Assembly: GCF_009914755.1 (NCBI RefSeq)
Contig: NC_060926.1
Length of the DNA: 64,000 nt
Source of the DNA: the human T2T-CHM13v2.0 reference genome, Homo sapiens
Direction: 5' to 3' (one strand)
Made by a program: the position numbers and the translations under genes
Shown: positions 43,341-57,189 of the stretch, in pieces
Numbering within the stretch: position 1 is the stretch's first letter
Layout: the number at the start of each line of letters is the position of its first letter
The notes under the pieces: model-generated
Told to the model about the DNA's origin: nothing
Databases searched by the model: none
What the model saw: the letters and a program-made list of their open reading frames with translations, nothing else

Positions 43341-45934
43341 AATATTTTTCTTAAACTGACAGATCATTTTGTACTCCTTATCCAAAGACAAAGATTACAA
43401 TTAGGTTCTATTGCTTTCCTTAGGGAGCTCACAATGTTCTATTATTTTACCTGGAAATTTTCCCCTTGTTATATGGTGGAATGATGGACTTCTTTCCTAA
43501 AAATGTTTATTGAATGGGAATATCAATGTAAATAGTATAGATATAGCCATCCCTAGAAGCAGAAGAAATTACTCAGTGACTTTTGTAAAGCCGTTTTGAA
43601 AATTACCCATGTCATTAGCCTGTGTAGGAAGAGAATTGATTAGTTACTACCTTTTGCTAGCAATCACCTCAACCACAACTTTTATAACTATCATGAACAA
43701 TCCTTATTCATCTTTCTCTTTTCCTGCATCCTCTTCTGTCGTGATACTCTGTAGCTAACCCAAGCTTTACACTATCTTTTCTCTCTGCCCTTAAGCCATC
43801 TGGTTCCCACTGAGTGAGTCTCTCTATTCCCTACAGCCATCTTATCTACTCTGATAGAGTCCACCTAAACCACAGGAAGCATAACTGCAGTTTTGTAGCA
43901 TTTGCTACCAAATGGAGTTTGAGTTATTCAAATCATTCTGTTTTAGGTAGGAAGCAAAGCAGTTCAGTAATCAGGTGTACTCTCTAAAAGCAAAGCTCAA
44001 AATATCTATGTATAATTTTGTTAACTGCTCGATCAGATGTGAAATGCAGATCCTTATGGTAAACCAGACTTTTTCCGTTTATGTACTTGGCTTGCAGATC
44101 TAATCTTTTAGTGGTATGTCTTTAATCGCTTTAAACTGTTTGTTTCACTAGTGTTCATGATGTGATTTGGCTCAGTGGAGCTTACATTTGAGAAGCAAAA
44201 AAATGCTATTACTTTTATATTTAGTGATAGCTGTCCACTTTTGCATAGTGGATTTAGGGCCAGAAAACATGCCTTTAAATACTATCTGTCTTACATACAA
44301 AAGGAAGTACTTTAATTCCTTATATTAGTTAGTAAGGACTACTACTTGTCAAATTCTGCCTTTGAATAAAATTTAAATTTTTCTGCAGTTAAATAATAAA
44401 AAGTCAGAATACTTGAGTTGAAAAGAGCATTAGTTTAAACTAGGAAAGTGGCCACTTGAAATCTTTATGCCTTACATTTGCCGTCAGTAAAACTGGATAA
44501 AGTTACAAGTAAGTGGTCCTTCTACCTTTGATGTCTACCTAAAGATGAAAGCAAATGTTTAAAACTTCTCAGGAGAAAATTCGAGTCCATCAAAGGTTGA
44601 ATATATTCAAGTTAGGACACACGAACCCCCTAAAAGACCATATGAAATTGAGCTCAAAAAATGAGAATGGTTGATTTTTTTTTCTCTTCTTCAAGAGTAA
44701 TTTCTTACTTTTTCAATTCAGTAATGATTCTTCTGTTTGTTCTGGTTTCTTGATATTCTACAAAAAGTCATTTTAACATTGGTAATTTATTCACTGAATC
44801 CAAAATGGACTGCTCATTTGGATTGTATTCTCTCTGCAAATATTACATTTACTCCCTCTTCAGTGAATTTAATGCCAATGTTTACAAAATTGCTGCAATA
44901 CAGTCCACATTGTAATTTCTTTTGTCTTAGGAAATTCTCCACAACAAGCTGAAATTTTAATATTTGCTACCCCACAGTATGTTCTTTCTCTTAAACGGAA
45001 AGAATAGACAGTTGTGATAGGCAAAAAGCCAGTAAGGAATTTCTATTTTGTAAGCTCTTTTTCTTTCTGGTCTGTTTGTTGTAGGTTTAACTGGGATGGG
45101 CAGGGGATTCTCATTATTAATCAATGTCTTAATAAGTATTTATTATGTTAAATACTAATAAAGTCCAGTGAAATTAATTCTGAATGAATATACATGAAAA
45201 TTCCTTTTATATGTAATATTAATTAACACATGAACATTTTATTCTAACTTCGATTTTTATTTAACACATGCCCATGAGTTGACAGAAAGCTTTTGTTGAC
45301 AGAAGTAGTATTATGTATTTGCTGATGTGTTGATCCAAAATGTAAAAATGTTTACAAAGGGCCATTAGAAAAGCCCGAACACCCCCTGATGTACAAGTGT
45401 CCCTATTTTAAAAGAAATCTACCTGTGACTCCAAAGAGACTATGTTAGATAACTGTGTGCAAAATCACAGAACTGGTCTTGGACAGACATGGAGAAAGGT
45501 TGAAGCACATCTCTTCTGCATTTGAAAGAAAAAGAGGGAAAGGAGAAAAGTCATTGACAATGGGGATGATAATGATGATTGGTGCTTGAGAGAAGGGCCC
45601 AAGAAGTTTTATCAGTAGGAGAAATTTTTAACAAGGCTGAAAATGTGTTACCAGCTGTGGAACAGCTGCAACTGGGGAAAAATTGCAAAACATTTTGTCT
45701 GATCCAATTCTCATAACCCTGTTGTTGGGGGAGAAAAAGTGTATGCAGTATCTCCAGCTTTTCATCTGGTTCATTTAGACAAGCTTGAAAAACACAAACT
45801 GGAAGTAAGTGTTAAACAATAATTCTGTCCTCTGAGCAATTTGAATCTTACCAGCACATTCTAAAGATAGCTGTCTCAAAGCTTGTGTCCACTTTATGTC
45901 TATATTCTAAAAGCACTTTCACAAAAACTTTTTC

Positions 45935-46240
45935 AATAGTGTTGAGCATTTCTCATGGTAAAGGTTTGTGGTGGACTCTAAAGATATAAATATGAATAAG
46001 ACAAGGCCTTTGTTCTTGAGATTGTAGTTTATTAATATCTTTCTAGAAATACAAACACAGTAATAAGGCATAGTGTCATAAAATTTATAGTAGAGTAATA
46101 AAGAGACATGAAAGAGAGTGAAAGGGACAAGTTTTTTCACTCCATGTAAAAGGATATGGGAAGAGGCTCTAAAGAGGGGGCGCTTTAGAGCTGAGCCTTC
46201 AAGAGGGTGGGAGAGTTAACCTGATGAAGGAGAGAAGACA
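45935..46240 (-). mobile_element. L2 fragment
   Basis: gttgagcattt, atgaataagacaaggcc and tttagagctgagccttcaag. Confidence 0.55.
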
Positions 46241-46420
46241 GTGTGAGAAGTCAGAGGATGATATGAACATTACTGCTGTGCTATAGACTGAAAATGTGCT
46301 TCTATACCAGACTCTCCTATTTGTAGCCAAAGATTTATTGGGCAATACAAATTAAAACTACCTCTCAAATTGTTGCCTGGGAAACACTATGTAATGACTG
46401 GTTCTCTTTTAGTACACAAT

Positions 46421-46838
46421 TGTTAAAACAAACTAAATATGGCTGAGAAGGACCCCATACTTCTATATGTGAATCCTGGTGGAGGAGTGGATGGACTGTA
46501 ACCTAGCTTAATAGTCAGACAAAATTGAAAACCTAACTTAGGAGTATGCACCTGTAACGATAACTGAGTCTTGGGCAACCCAGTGGCCATACTTCAATCA
46601 CTAATAGACTGCTAAGTGTTCAAACTGTGTTCAAATAAGGTAAACGCCAACCTGTAACCAACCCAGCTGTTTCTGTACCTCATTTCCCTTTTTTTGTCTA
46701 TAAATCTTATCCCACCATGTGGCTGCACTGGAGTCTCTGTGAATTTGCTGTGATTCTGGGGGCTGCCCAATTCGCGAATCATTCATTGCTCAATTAAACT
46801 CCTTTAAATTTAATTTGGCTGAAGTTTTTCTTTTATCA
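46421..46838 (+). mobile_element. Solo ERV1 LTR, MER57A-type
   Basis: TG...CA ends (tgttaaaacaaactaaatatgg ... gaagtttttcttttatca), 4-bp TSD caat, TATA-like tataaat and poly(A)-like attaaa. Confidence 0.85.
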
Positions 46839-49664
46839 CAATTAATAACCATAACAAAATTCAGTGACAATATGCTTAGGTTCAGAAAACTTCAGCACCA
46901 GGTCTCTCTGGGATAGCAAGAAAGCACGAGTTCAGCTGCTAGACTTTTGTCTTCCAGGCACTCTCTGAGCATAACAGAGACATAGTATTAAGACACTAAT
47001 ATTTTTCCAATTAGACACATGTGCCACAGGCCTTCTCTGATGTTTCTGCTGTTAAATTTCATGTGAAACTACATAATGCCCAGCTACAAATTTTTGTAGC
47101 TTCTGAAGATCTTCCTCCAACTTAAACAAGTACCACATCCCTGTAGTGCCCTTGTAATTTTTCATGAAAATAAAATCTCCCCCGCTCCCCCCAGACAAGT
47201 AAACTAATTTATCATCATGCAGGGTTTGGCAGCTGGCTCTGTGGTGTCACTCCCTGACACCTAAATGTGCCACCTCTAATCACCCCTTTTGGTCTATCGC
47301 CACCTAGGGAAAGAATGGAAATAGTTACGTGAACCCCCTTGTGGTACCTGGGAAGCAAATTTAGAAGAGCAGCATAGTGTGTGATTTCTTACAGAAAATT
47401 TTCAAAGAAATCTGTTCATCAATCAAAGCAATCAAGTCTTTAGGGATCCTAGTATGGTATCAAGTTTCAAATTCAGCCTATGGGTGGAGAGTGGTAGCAA
47501 AGATCAATTTCCTTGATATCTAAAAGCTTAAACATAACAGCAGTTGCAATTATTTAAACAATATTCTGTTAAAAAATGCTTTTCTTCTTATTAAAATAAC
47601 TTTAATACAACTAATTCCATCACAATAATAATTCTAATATTAAATTTGGCATTGTATTAATAACAGATAGATGGAAAATATAGAAAAAGCCAAAGTAGAA
47701 AATTAGAATGACCTATTTTGTAATTCTAAGAGATTTTATAATTTTGATTGCATTTTTCCTATTATTTTATGTTCATGTATATTTAAAACACTGAGATCAC
47801 AGTGTGCATATTGTTTTATACTAGCACACAATCCCTTAAATTTTTTATATTTCTCCCTAGTCTTTTTCTATACCTATTAGGTGTCATCGTATTTGTTTGT
47901 ATTTCTGGCCAATTTTTTCACTAATTATTATTTTGTAAACATTCTTATTGTTTTTACAAAATCATAATGACTGATTTTAATCGCTATCTGATATCCTACT
48001 ATATATAGGAAATATGTATATATCCTACTATATATAAATATCTGTTAAATGTATTTGGGTGATTTAAAGCTTTAATTATTATAAATGTGGTTTCTTAAAA
48101 TTTTTTTGTATTTAAAACTGCATTCTTCTTGTTGCTACCTGGTTCCACAGTGGCCATAGAATATAGTAAATTGGAGTGATGTAGCCATAGGCTTCCTAGG
48201 GCAAATAAATATTGTATAAATATGATGCAATGAATATATAGAGACAACTTTAAAGCACCTCACTGTGAGTGACTGGGAAACAGTAGCAGTATAACGCTCA
48301 ATTTTGTCTCAGCTATCATAATTGCATGTTCCATAGGTAATCATCAGTAATTAAAGAGGCAAAGATGCAAATCATGCTATGGCCTACAAAGAGTAGTGGT
48401 TGCTGTAGTACCCACGGTTGTCAGCGAAAGTTATCAGGGGCCATAATATTCCAATAAAATGTGTTTATACTTCTCTCTGTTCTTAATACCACATACTTGG
48501 CTATTCACATAAGAAAGTCTTAGAATATCTAAGTAGAGTTTATTGAGACTGTTATCAAAATAACTTGTTTTTACTAGTTTGTTTACAAGGCTAAGGGCTT
48601 TTCTTGAATGAAATGTTGATGTTCTAAACTAATAAAGGTGTGAAAAGAATATCTGTCCTTTAGCAAGACCATGAGAATTAAGTGCCACTACCTTCTAATA
48701 TGAAGGAACACGTGTACTATAACAACATGTGTATATAACAATCATACCCCAGTGTAAGAAGGCTGTATAATTCCCTTCCTTCCATAAATAAAAAACAGAG
48801 CCAAATATGTTTGGATCATGGTTTCATGTAATAGTGCTCTTTGATAAAAATAGACCTGAATAATGAATACTAAATAGGAAGCTGACTATATGAACAAGAA
48901 AGAAAATGCATGCCTCATATCAAGGAAGCCAGCCACTAGCATTAATAGCAAGCCATGGAATTAAGCTCATTAAAACATTTGCCTAAAGGAGAAATCTAAT
49001 TTATTTCTTGTATTTATTCATGTTGTATGATTAATAGAAAGCATGGAGGTGGATTTCCTGATCAGGAGCATGATTTTAATCTGCACAGAATACTTTTATA
49101 TAGTTTTCTTACATGAGCATTACAATTAAGTTCAATTGATGGTATTCAAGATTTGAACTTTTATTGTAAACAAAATAAGCACTCTTTGTTCTTTCTTAAC
49201 CTTTAATCGGGCCACTGAGGGAAATTCTGTGCTTTTAAAAGTTAACTGTGACAGACAGAATCGTCTATCTGGGTTCATAGACAAAATCTATGAATCTCCC
49301 ATCTTCCAAACCCTCTGTCAAATTCATTCTTTTAAGAGTCTCCTGAGTTATTTAATAAAACTCAGTCGTAATCAAACCAGTCAAATACCTTGTATGACTA
49401 CAGACAGACTCTAAGATGCGTTTCAAACATTCCAGCATTACAAATGCACAATCCTATCGAGATAAAAAAAATCTTAGCATTTTCAGAGGGATTTTTAGTT
49501 TCCTTCACACATACATTAGTCATGCCTCAATATCTGTGTACATTCTAGCCCTTCTGCCTAGAATACCCTTATTTTCCATAAAAGAACTCCTACTCATTCC
49601 TGAAGATTTATTTCCCATGTCAACTCTGCTGCAAAGCCCACCATGACTACCTTAGATAAGATGT

Positions 49665-49862
49665 CACAGTAGAGCCATAATGGGTTAAAACCACAGTACC
49701 TGGGTTGGATTACAGTCTCTATCTCGTGATGCCTCAATGGTTTCATCTGTAAAATGGAGATAGTAAAAGTAGCTACCTCATAGGCTTGTTGTGATGGTTT
49801 TACAAGTTAATTAATACATGCAGAGCCCTTTGGATTTTGTAAATTCTTGATAACTATTAGCT
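49665..49862 (+). mobile_element. MIR
   Basis: gcctcaatggtttcatctgtaaaatggagatagtaaaagtagctacctcatagg. Confidence 0.75.
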
Positions 49863-49878
49863 ATTTTTAGATAGTATT

Positions 49879-49951
49879 GTGCACACCACCACATCCAACT
49901 AATTTTTAAATTTTTTTTTGTGGAGACGGGCTCATTGCATTGCCCAGGCTG
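49879..49951 (-). mobile_element. Isolated internal Alu fragment (monomer linker region)
   Basis: gcacaccaccacatccaactaattttt...tgtggagacggg...ttgcccaggctg, with neither Alu end present. Confidence 0.75.
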
Positions 49952-51749
49952 TATATTCTTATATATTCTTCAATTATAGAACCGTTTCATTATGCTGTAA
50001 CGTCTCTTTATATCTATCCCTGCCTCTAGATGGAGAGCCACTTAGCTTGCAGACTGCCATCTCCCTAACGTATCAGAACAATGAACTTGGTTCCAAGAGT
50101 ATAGAACTCAGTGAATGTAAAATGGATGAATGTATGAATTAATGCATAAATCAATAAATGAACCCAGATGAATAATATGCCAAAGTTGTTTCTGTATATC
50201 TCTGTGATACAAATAAACATATGCTCATTCTATTAGCCAAGTATTTGTGGATTTGTATTGGTGAAATAAAATATAGAAAACTCTTTTTCTTATGCCTTGA
50301 CCCCAAAAGCAGTGTCATAACCCTTTTACTTATGGTGCAACCAATAATAGGATTGATGGAAAAACCATCAGTCCTGTTTCCTTTTAAACCTGCTCAGTTC
50401 ATATTTGACTTTAGCATATGCTATTTTACTCCATGTTTTATTTTGTCACAGGTTAGACATCTAATTCAGCATAAGAAGAAATCATTACAGTCAACATTTA
50501 TGGTCACTAAGAAATAAATGTATCTTTTGTGTTCTCTGAGAGAAGGTTTGCTTCATTTATTCTTTTCTCTCGATAAATGCTGTTTTCTAATGCCTTTGTA
50601 ATGATAGAGACTTAAGGATGGGGAAAAAATCTGGATACTTTCTTCTCTGTGTCACTTTGTATAAAGACTTCTTTACAGCCATGTTCAAATGATTTATGTA
50701 CATATTGTAGATGCAGTAGCAGCAATTATAGAGCTATCCCTACCACTTAACCTGCAACATTCTGAATGGCCATTCACTGGCCACTTAAGCTAACATCTGC
50801 TGCTTTGGTAGTCTAATATCCAAATAGAATGAAAAACCGAAAGGGTAAAACTCCAGTAGGCTTGTTCACTTCAATAGGTAATGGTGGCATGTGTGTGTAT
50901 GCATGTGTGTGTGTGTTTTAAGTCTTAGTTTGCATTATCCAAAATTATCTGTTTTTTATCTTTGCATAACTAAAACACATTTGTCTTTTCCACACTTTTT
51001 TTTTCCTAAATTGGAAATCAGACACAAGAAAAAAATATAAACACTGTCCACTGCATACTTTATTTAAGGGAGGTCCTGTTGTTTTACAGTTACTCTCAGC
51101 CTCCCAAACATAACATTAACAATGTTTGATACTAATAATTTTTCACAATGCTGGAAAGTTTAACCAACTAAGGCAAATACAAATAAAAATACCTGTGAAA
51201 TTACTGAATCTATGTAACAAAACTAGTTTCATTAATGCTCTTTTGGATCTAATTGGCAGCTTAATGATTGAACCATTGACTTTTAAGGCTATCAATAAGA
51301 TCAGAGACCAGTTTATCTAAACAATTTTAAATATTTCATCATTCTTTCTGATGGATTCCTTTCTTCTCCTTCCTCTCTCACCGCCTTTATTTCATGCCCC
51401 CATTGTTTTTCCCTGATTCTTCATCAGATCTCAGCTGCTGCCCCAGTGCTCCACCAGGCTAGCCTCTCCTCAACTGCCAAAATTGTCTTCTTTACTCATT
51501 ACTTTGCCCATACCTCTTATCTTATCCCCTGGTGACTTTACAATGTCCTGCATATTGCAAACATCTTCTCACACTCAGCTTCAGAAGGATCTAAGAGAGA
51601 GCACCAGACATCCTCCTTCAAAGTCTCAATACATGCCTAAATCTCCTGTCACCCAAGTCTCTTCAAAGTCCCTCTTATTATAGTTAGTAAAGCTCTTGTC
51701 TTTGTTTCTGGGCTTTTCCCAAAGTACCACTTACTACTAGGAACTCCCT

Positions 51750-52022
51750 TTTCTCCCAGAATGCCTATATGTGATTTCTCCAGCATGACAGCCTCAGGGC
51801 AGTGAATCCTCTTACATGGCAGCTCAGAGTTCTTGGACAGAGTGTTTCAAGAGGCTCAAGTGGAAGCCACAGGGTTTATTAGGACCTAGACTTGGACTTT
51901 CCAGAGCATCACTGCTGCAGCCTCTACTGGTTAAGCAAATCACTCAGACCAACTAAGAATAAAGGTGGAGGAAATTAGACTCTACTTCTGGCTGAAAAGA
52001 ATTGCAAAGAATTTGTAGCCAT
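51750..52022 (-). mobile_element. MLT1 (old MaLR) LTR fragment
   Basis: cagcatgacagcctcaggg...cttacatggcagctcag...gcatcactgctgcagcctctactgg...caaagaatttgtagccatt. Confidence 0.65.
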
Positions 52023-54124
52023 TATTTTTATTTTATTTAAAATATCTTATTATTAAGATAAGTTTTGTCTCTTCTAAATTATAATATCCAAAAGTAACAG
52101 GATAAATTACAATTTGACATTTGATAAATTATTTTAAATTACAAAAATAATTTTTCTGATTTTAGCAGATATATTGAAAATAAATAAATGTATACATAAA
52201 ATACATATTCACACAATAAAATATGCAAACTTTTGAAAAAGTACCATTTAATACTTTCACATAACATGCTCAGCACATTTTTTTAATTTTAAGCTAAAGA
52301 GACTATGATCTTCTTGAGAACAGTGTATATTTCATTTTTATATCCCTAGCAACTCTCTCAGAGCTTGGTACATGGTATCTTCTCAATAAATGTTTGTTAA
52401 ATTGAATTGAATTAGTCCTGGATTTTGAGGTTGACGTAGCCAATTTATTGACTTCTCTGAATGTGTTGTGAAGGGGAAGAAAATATAGCAAGAAAATCCA
52501 GCCTCATCAAGGGAGAATCTAATAGTAGCAAGTGGTATACATACCAGTTAATATGGTTCCAGGAAACACAGGTGATGGTGTTAGTAAATCTTTCTTCATG
52601 CAGTAGAATGTTCAAGAGATCGTCCAGTTAACATAAGCTCATGTCTAAATTACTGCAAGAACTGGATAGCAAATATTTTGGATTACTTCTGATAAGGTTT
52701 GGTTATTTTGTAGGAAAGGGGAGTAAATAAAAGAATTCTATGAGGCCTATTTGTCTTTAGAGAAAAAACAAGCTAACAAAGAGTCAATTGTAAGAGTTGA
52801 CATAATTTTTTTCCAATTCACAGCTTTTAATATGCCAAAGTAAATTAAAACATCCTTTTAATCTTGGATGGAATTTGCTTCTTAAAGCTATGATCTTGTG
52901 TTTCTTTGTTAATTTCATATTTAAAAAATTCTTGGCCCATAAACTTGTTTTATAAGCAGAGCCACCATTGTTCATTGTGTAATTTGAGAATCTCTGGGGC
53001 TATCCTCTTGCCATCTCACTGATTCCAGAGTTTTGATTAGAAGGGTGGGCATATTTTGTAATTTGTTTTTATCCTGAGGCAATTTTATGAGATTTCACAT
53101 TATAGTACTTCTTAAGTTTAATTCTATTTTTTCTGCATGTATTAGAAAAAAAAAATCACCTCTTACTTCCAAAAATCCTATCTACTTATTATACTTGTTT
53201 GTCTGTGTTGTTAGAATAATTTATTTAAAAATTCTTCTAAGCAATCATTAGATTTTATATCATATCTTTCCATTTTATTAATATTAGTTGACAATACTTG
53301 GTTAAAGCCAATTTAAAGAACTGAAGTACAAATTATTGCTATAGGTTTCCATGACATACTTTCCAAAGACTTTTCTGTTCCTGGTGTGCAGACTTGAAAA
53401 CTAAGGCATAAGATACTGGAATAACTCACCAAGGTCATCTATGAGAATAGCCGACCTGGAGAGATTATTACCATCCCGTGATTCATTCTATCTCTTTCTA
53501 GTTCTGATATCCACCTTTAAATATCTTTTTCAACATGAATAAATTGTCAGCTTCTTATATTTAAAACCATACACTATAGACTTCCCATTGGAGACTCACA
53601 ATTTTACTGGCAATGTGTTTTAATTGCTAGCTATTTTCATATTCCTTGTATTTATTTTCTTATTGTTAAATTATTCCTTTGCATATATACACACAAATTT
53701 CACATATATGTGGATTTTTTTTCCCAATTTCCCAGCTCTTGTTCTCCCACTCTCACTTTCTAAAAACTTGCAAATAACTTAGTTTTCTGCTGATTCTTTC
53801 CTTCCATTGGGCAACCTTTTTATTTCAATGTTTTTGAAGTAATGCAGTAAAAAAAAAAAAAAATGGCTGCCTTTTGTTTACTTCCTTGTACATTAGCATG
53901 GGTGACATGATCAAATATATTAACTAGGATGTACATATCTTAAGAACCCAGAAGTATACTATAAGCCCTTTTCTTTTAATGCCCCAAAGTTTTGCAGCTT
54001 TAGCATAGCTCTAATGCTGTGCTAAAAATGAACATGAACATTTTGGGACAAATGCATTAAAATGGTGGTATCTAAAACATATATGAATATTTCTTTCAAT
54101 GTTAAGAAAAACCCATCAAAAGGT

Positions 54125-54165
54125 ATTTATTTAAGTCATAAACATTTATTTAAGTCATAAACATT
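54125..54165. repeat. Perfect 19-bp tandem duplication
   Basis: atttatttaagtcataaac occurs twice, followed by att. Confidence 0.95.
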
Positions 54166-55496
54166 CTAGATCAATGCTAACCCTACAAATAATATCATAA
54201 AGAAAGGTATTAACTCATTGTATTTAAAAGCTAAGCTACTTAACCATACTTACCTATTCTGGTTTTAAATTATTTTTAAAACTTTCAATTGACACACAAA
54301 AAATTTTGAGTTATAATATTTTTTGCCCCAAAAGAATTTCTTACTAATGGAAGGCTTAAGCAAATATACATATATATGTATATTCACTTTTTAATTACTG
54401 AATTATTTATAAGTGCCGTTAAGTTACTATATATCTAACTACTCAGAAAATTTATTTTCTCATCTGTATTTATAGTGCTTCTGACTTTTCCTTCTGTGTG
54501 TGTTCTTTGTTGCACTTCGCATGTATTTGTCATAAGATTTTCACTGAGACTTAAAAGTAACAAGCTTTCAAACATCATTTTAATTTAGACAGTCATTAAA
54601 GAGATAAGAAATCGATGTTTTAAAATAAGTTCCAATAACTAAATAGTTCTGTATTTGGAAATCCAAATTCCATTTTCAGTTTTTAAGAAATAATTTTATA
54701 TATTTAAAAAAATTTTTAGAAAGGCAATCTGACTACACACACATACACACACATATTTGTATATATATTAATGTAATATTTGTGTGGTGGAAAATTCCTG
54801 TAAATGTTGGATAGTTTTCCCTGAAACTACTTGTTAACATTGAAATCAGATAAGGTAAATCATATGTTTTATTGAGGTAAGCTGTCTAAAATAAGTTACC
54901 GCAATTTTAAAAATTAATAAAAACCATATGTCCTTTAGAACTTAAATTGAAATCTGCATTGTTCCTTTAAGTCAGCTGTTCTAGGAATGTGTCATCTTTT
55001 GAAAAGATAAATTAATCATCTACTTCATCTATATACATTAATAAAAAAGATTCACCTTCTCATCTACTTTATCAAAAGTAATTAGTATATCTATTTTTAT
55101 TCACATATAGTATCTTTTAGTGATTGAGATTTTAATTGAGGATATTTTGAAGGAAACAGCAATTATCTTTTTACAAAAAACAAAACACCAAGAAAAAGAA
55201 ATGCCAGCAATCTAATGGTTAAAACATATTGCCAAATCATTCAGTAGCGCAAGGCTCTTTAATAACATTTGTACAAAAGTACTTTCAGAAAATATGAGAT
55301 AGGAAATGGCTTTTTGCAAGTTCTCCTTCCTTAAATTATTATTCAACCTCTTATTAAAATAAAATCTAGTTAACTTCTTTTGGAGCTTGCTCAAACATTT
55401 TCTATAATAAAAAAAAATCTTGTGAAGGGATTTCCATAAGTTGTGCTGCATTAATGACTTAGAGCAGCTTCCTTATCTGTTATTCCTTCCTCCTAG

Positions 55497-55841
55497 TAGA
55501 CCTCAGATGATAAAAATATCCATAGACACAGTGAAGTCAGTGGCACGCCTGGCTCTCTCAGACAAAACTCCATGTGATCACATATAGGCAGCCTCAGTGA
55601 GGCTGATGCCGTGCAGCAAGCAGTAGGTAATGAGTCTTTGTGCAGAGTGAAGCTCTTGTTGCTGAACAATAAAGCATATGGTACAAGCAATAAAACACAG
55701 GGCTGGGAAATTTAAGAAGATTCCTCTGAACCAGGAAGAACTGTGTCTTCGGTGATGCTGACACATATGATAAAATGATCATTTATTTTGGATCCTAATG
55801 AATAAAGAGTGCAAGGACTAAGACTACAGTTATTTGAACAG
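55497..55841 (+). other. Candidate non-coding exon with alternative splice sites
   Basis: Acceptor ttattccttcctccTAGTAG (NAGNAG), donor CAG|gttggt at 55841, and internal TAG|gtaatg at 55626. Unique sequence, more GC-rich than the flanks, with no long ORF. Confidence 0.55.
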
Positions 55842-57189
55842 GTTGGTGATTTTATAAATTACTCCAACACTTCCTTGTGTTTGACTGGATTTAAATTAGA
55901 ATGGGCTGGTGTGTTTTGCCTTAAACAAAAACTTTGCAAGATATTTGTAGTGTATAATATTAAGGATGCACTTGAATTGACCCAATGCGATTAAATTGTC
56001 GATGTAGTCAGATGTGACAGAGAAATGTTGATATCATTATATTAAACTGAAAAGTTATTTAGTCTATTTTAAAAATTTATGGGTAAGAAATAAATTCATC
56101 CAATAATTTTTAATCTCCTGTGTAGGCAGAAATAATATAAAAGAGAATACTACTGACAAATAGTTCACATAAAAAGCTTCAAAATTATTTTTCCAGTGTT
56201 AAAACAATCTGTATTGCAATAGTTTACATGTCTTATAAATTAGATAATATATCATTCAAAATTTGTTGATGTGTGTTAGTATACTGCAAAAGGAAGGTTT
56301 GGAATATTTAATTATTTGAATTAAAAAATTTAAAAACAAGGAAATTTTGAAATGTAAATAACACTATTAGAACAATGTATTTTATACTTTAGTAACACAT
56401 ATCTGTATTTATTTGTTGTGTGCTTTTAATTTTTCATGTTATATTTCTTTTGACACATGAAAAAGATTATTGCACAAAACCTTTTATTTTATAAATATTA
56501 TTCATTGATATTTAGAGAAAAACAAATTTGCTTAATTTTTAAGAGAAGAGATTATTTGATGATGCATATTTTCATTGGCTTACCATTTAGAAAGATTATG
56601 TGTCTTTATGTATATTTATAAAATATGTACACACATGACTTTTTCTATGTAGAAAATAACCACTTCTTCCATTTATGAGCAATAGAGAAGTTTATGTTTC
56701 AAATAGAGAGATTGTTGTGTGTAGAAAAATAAGGGAAGAAATAACTAGCAAATAATAGCACAACACTGAATATCTTTGCCAAAGACAGACAAGCATTGCT
56801 GCTATATGAATCTTTAGATTTAAATACATAGTTTAACTTTGCTCTACATTTTGACTGCTGTATTGTTTTAAAGGCATCCTGGGACCTAAATTCTTTACAA
56901 TTAATTTTTGGACACCACTTAGGATGATAGTCTCTAAGACACTTGGGCACATTTAACATTTTACAGAATTACTATAGTGACCTCATGTATTTGTGTAGTG
57001 ACTAATATAAATTTACGCCTGTAAGATGCTGTTTAAACCACAGCAACAAAAAGAAATACCCCATGTGCCTGATTATACGTGCAATATGTATTTGAATTTA
57101 AAAAAAAAGCTGTGTTTCAAAAACAAGGGAAGTTAATGAAAATTTAAAATTGGCCTTCCACACGTATTTAAATGAAGCATTTGACTATT

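Noticed and set aside
53999-54026. 11-bp stem hairpin tttagcatagc/gctgtgctaaa
   Set aside because: Too short to distinguish from chance in 64 kb. Bacterial terminator logic does not apply to this DNA.
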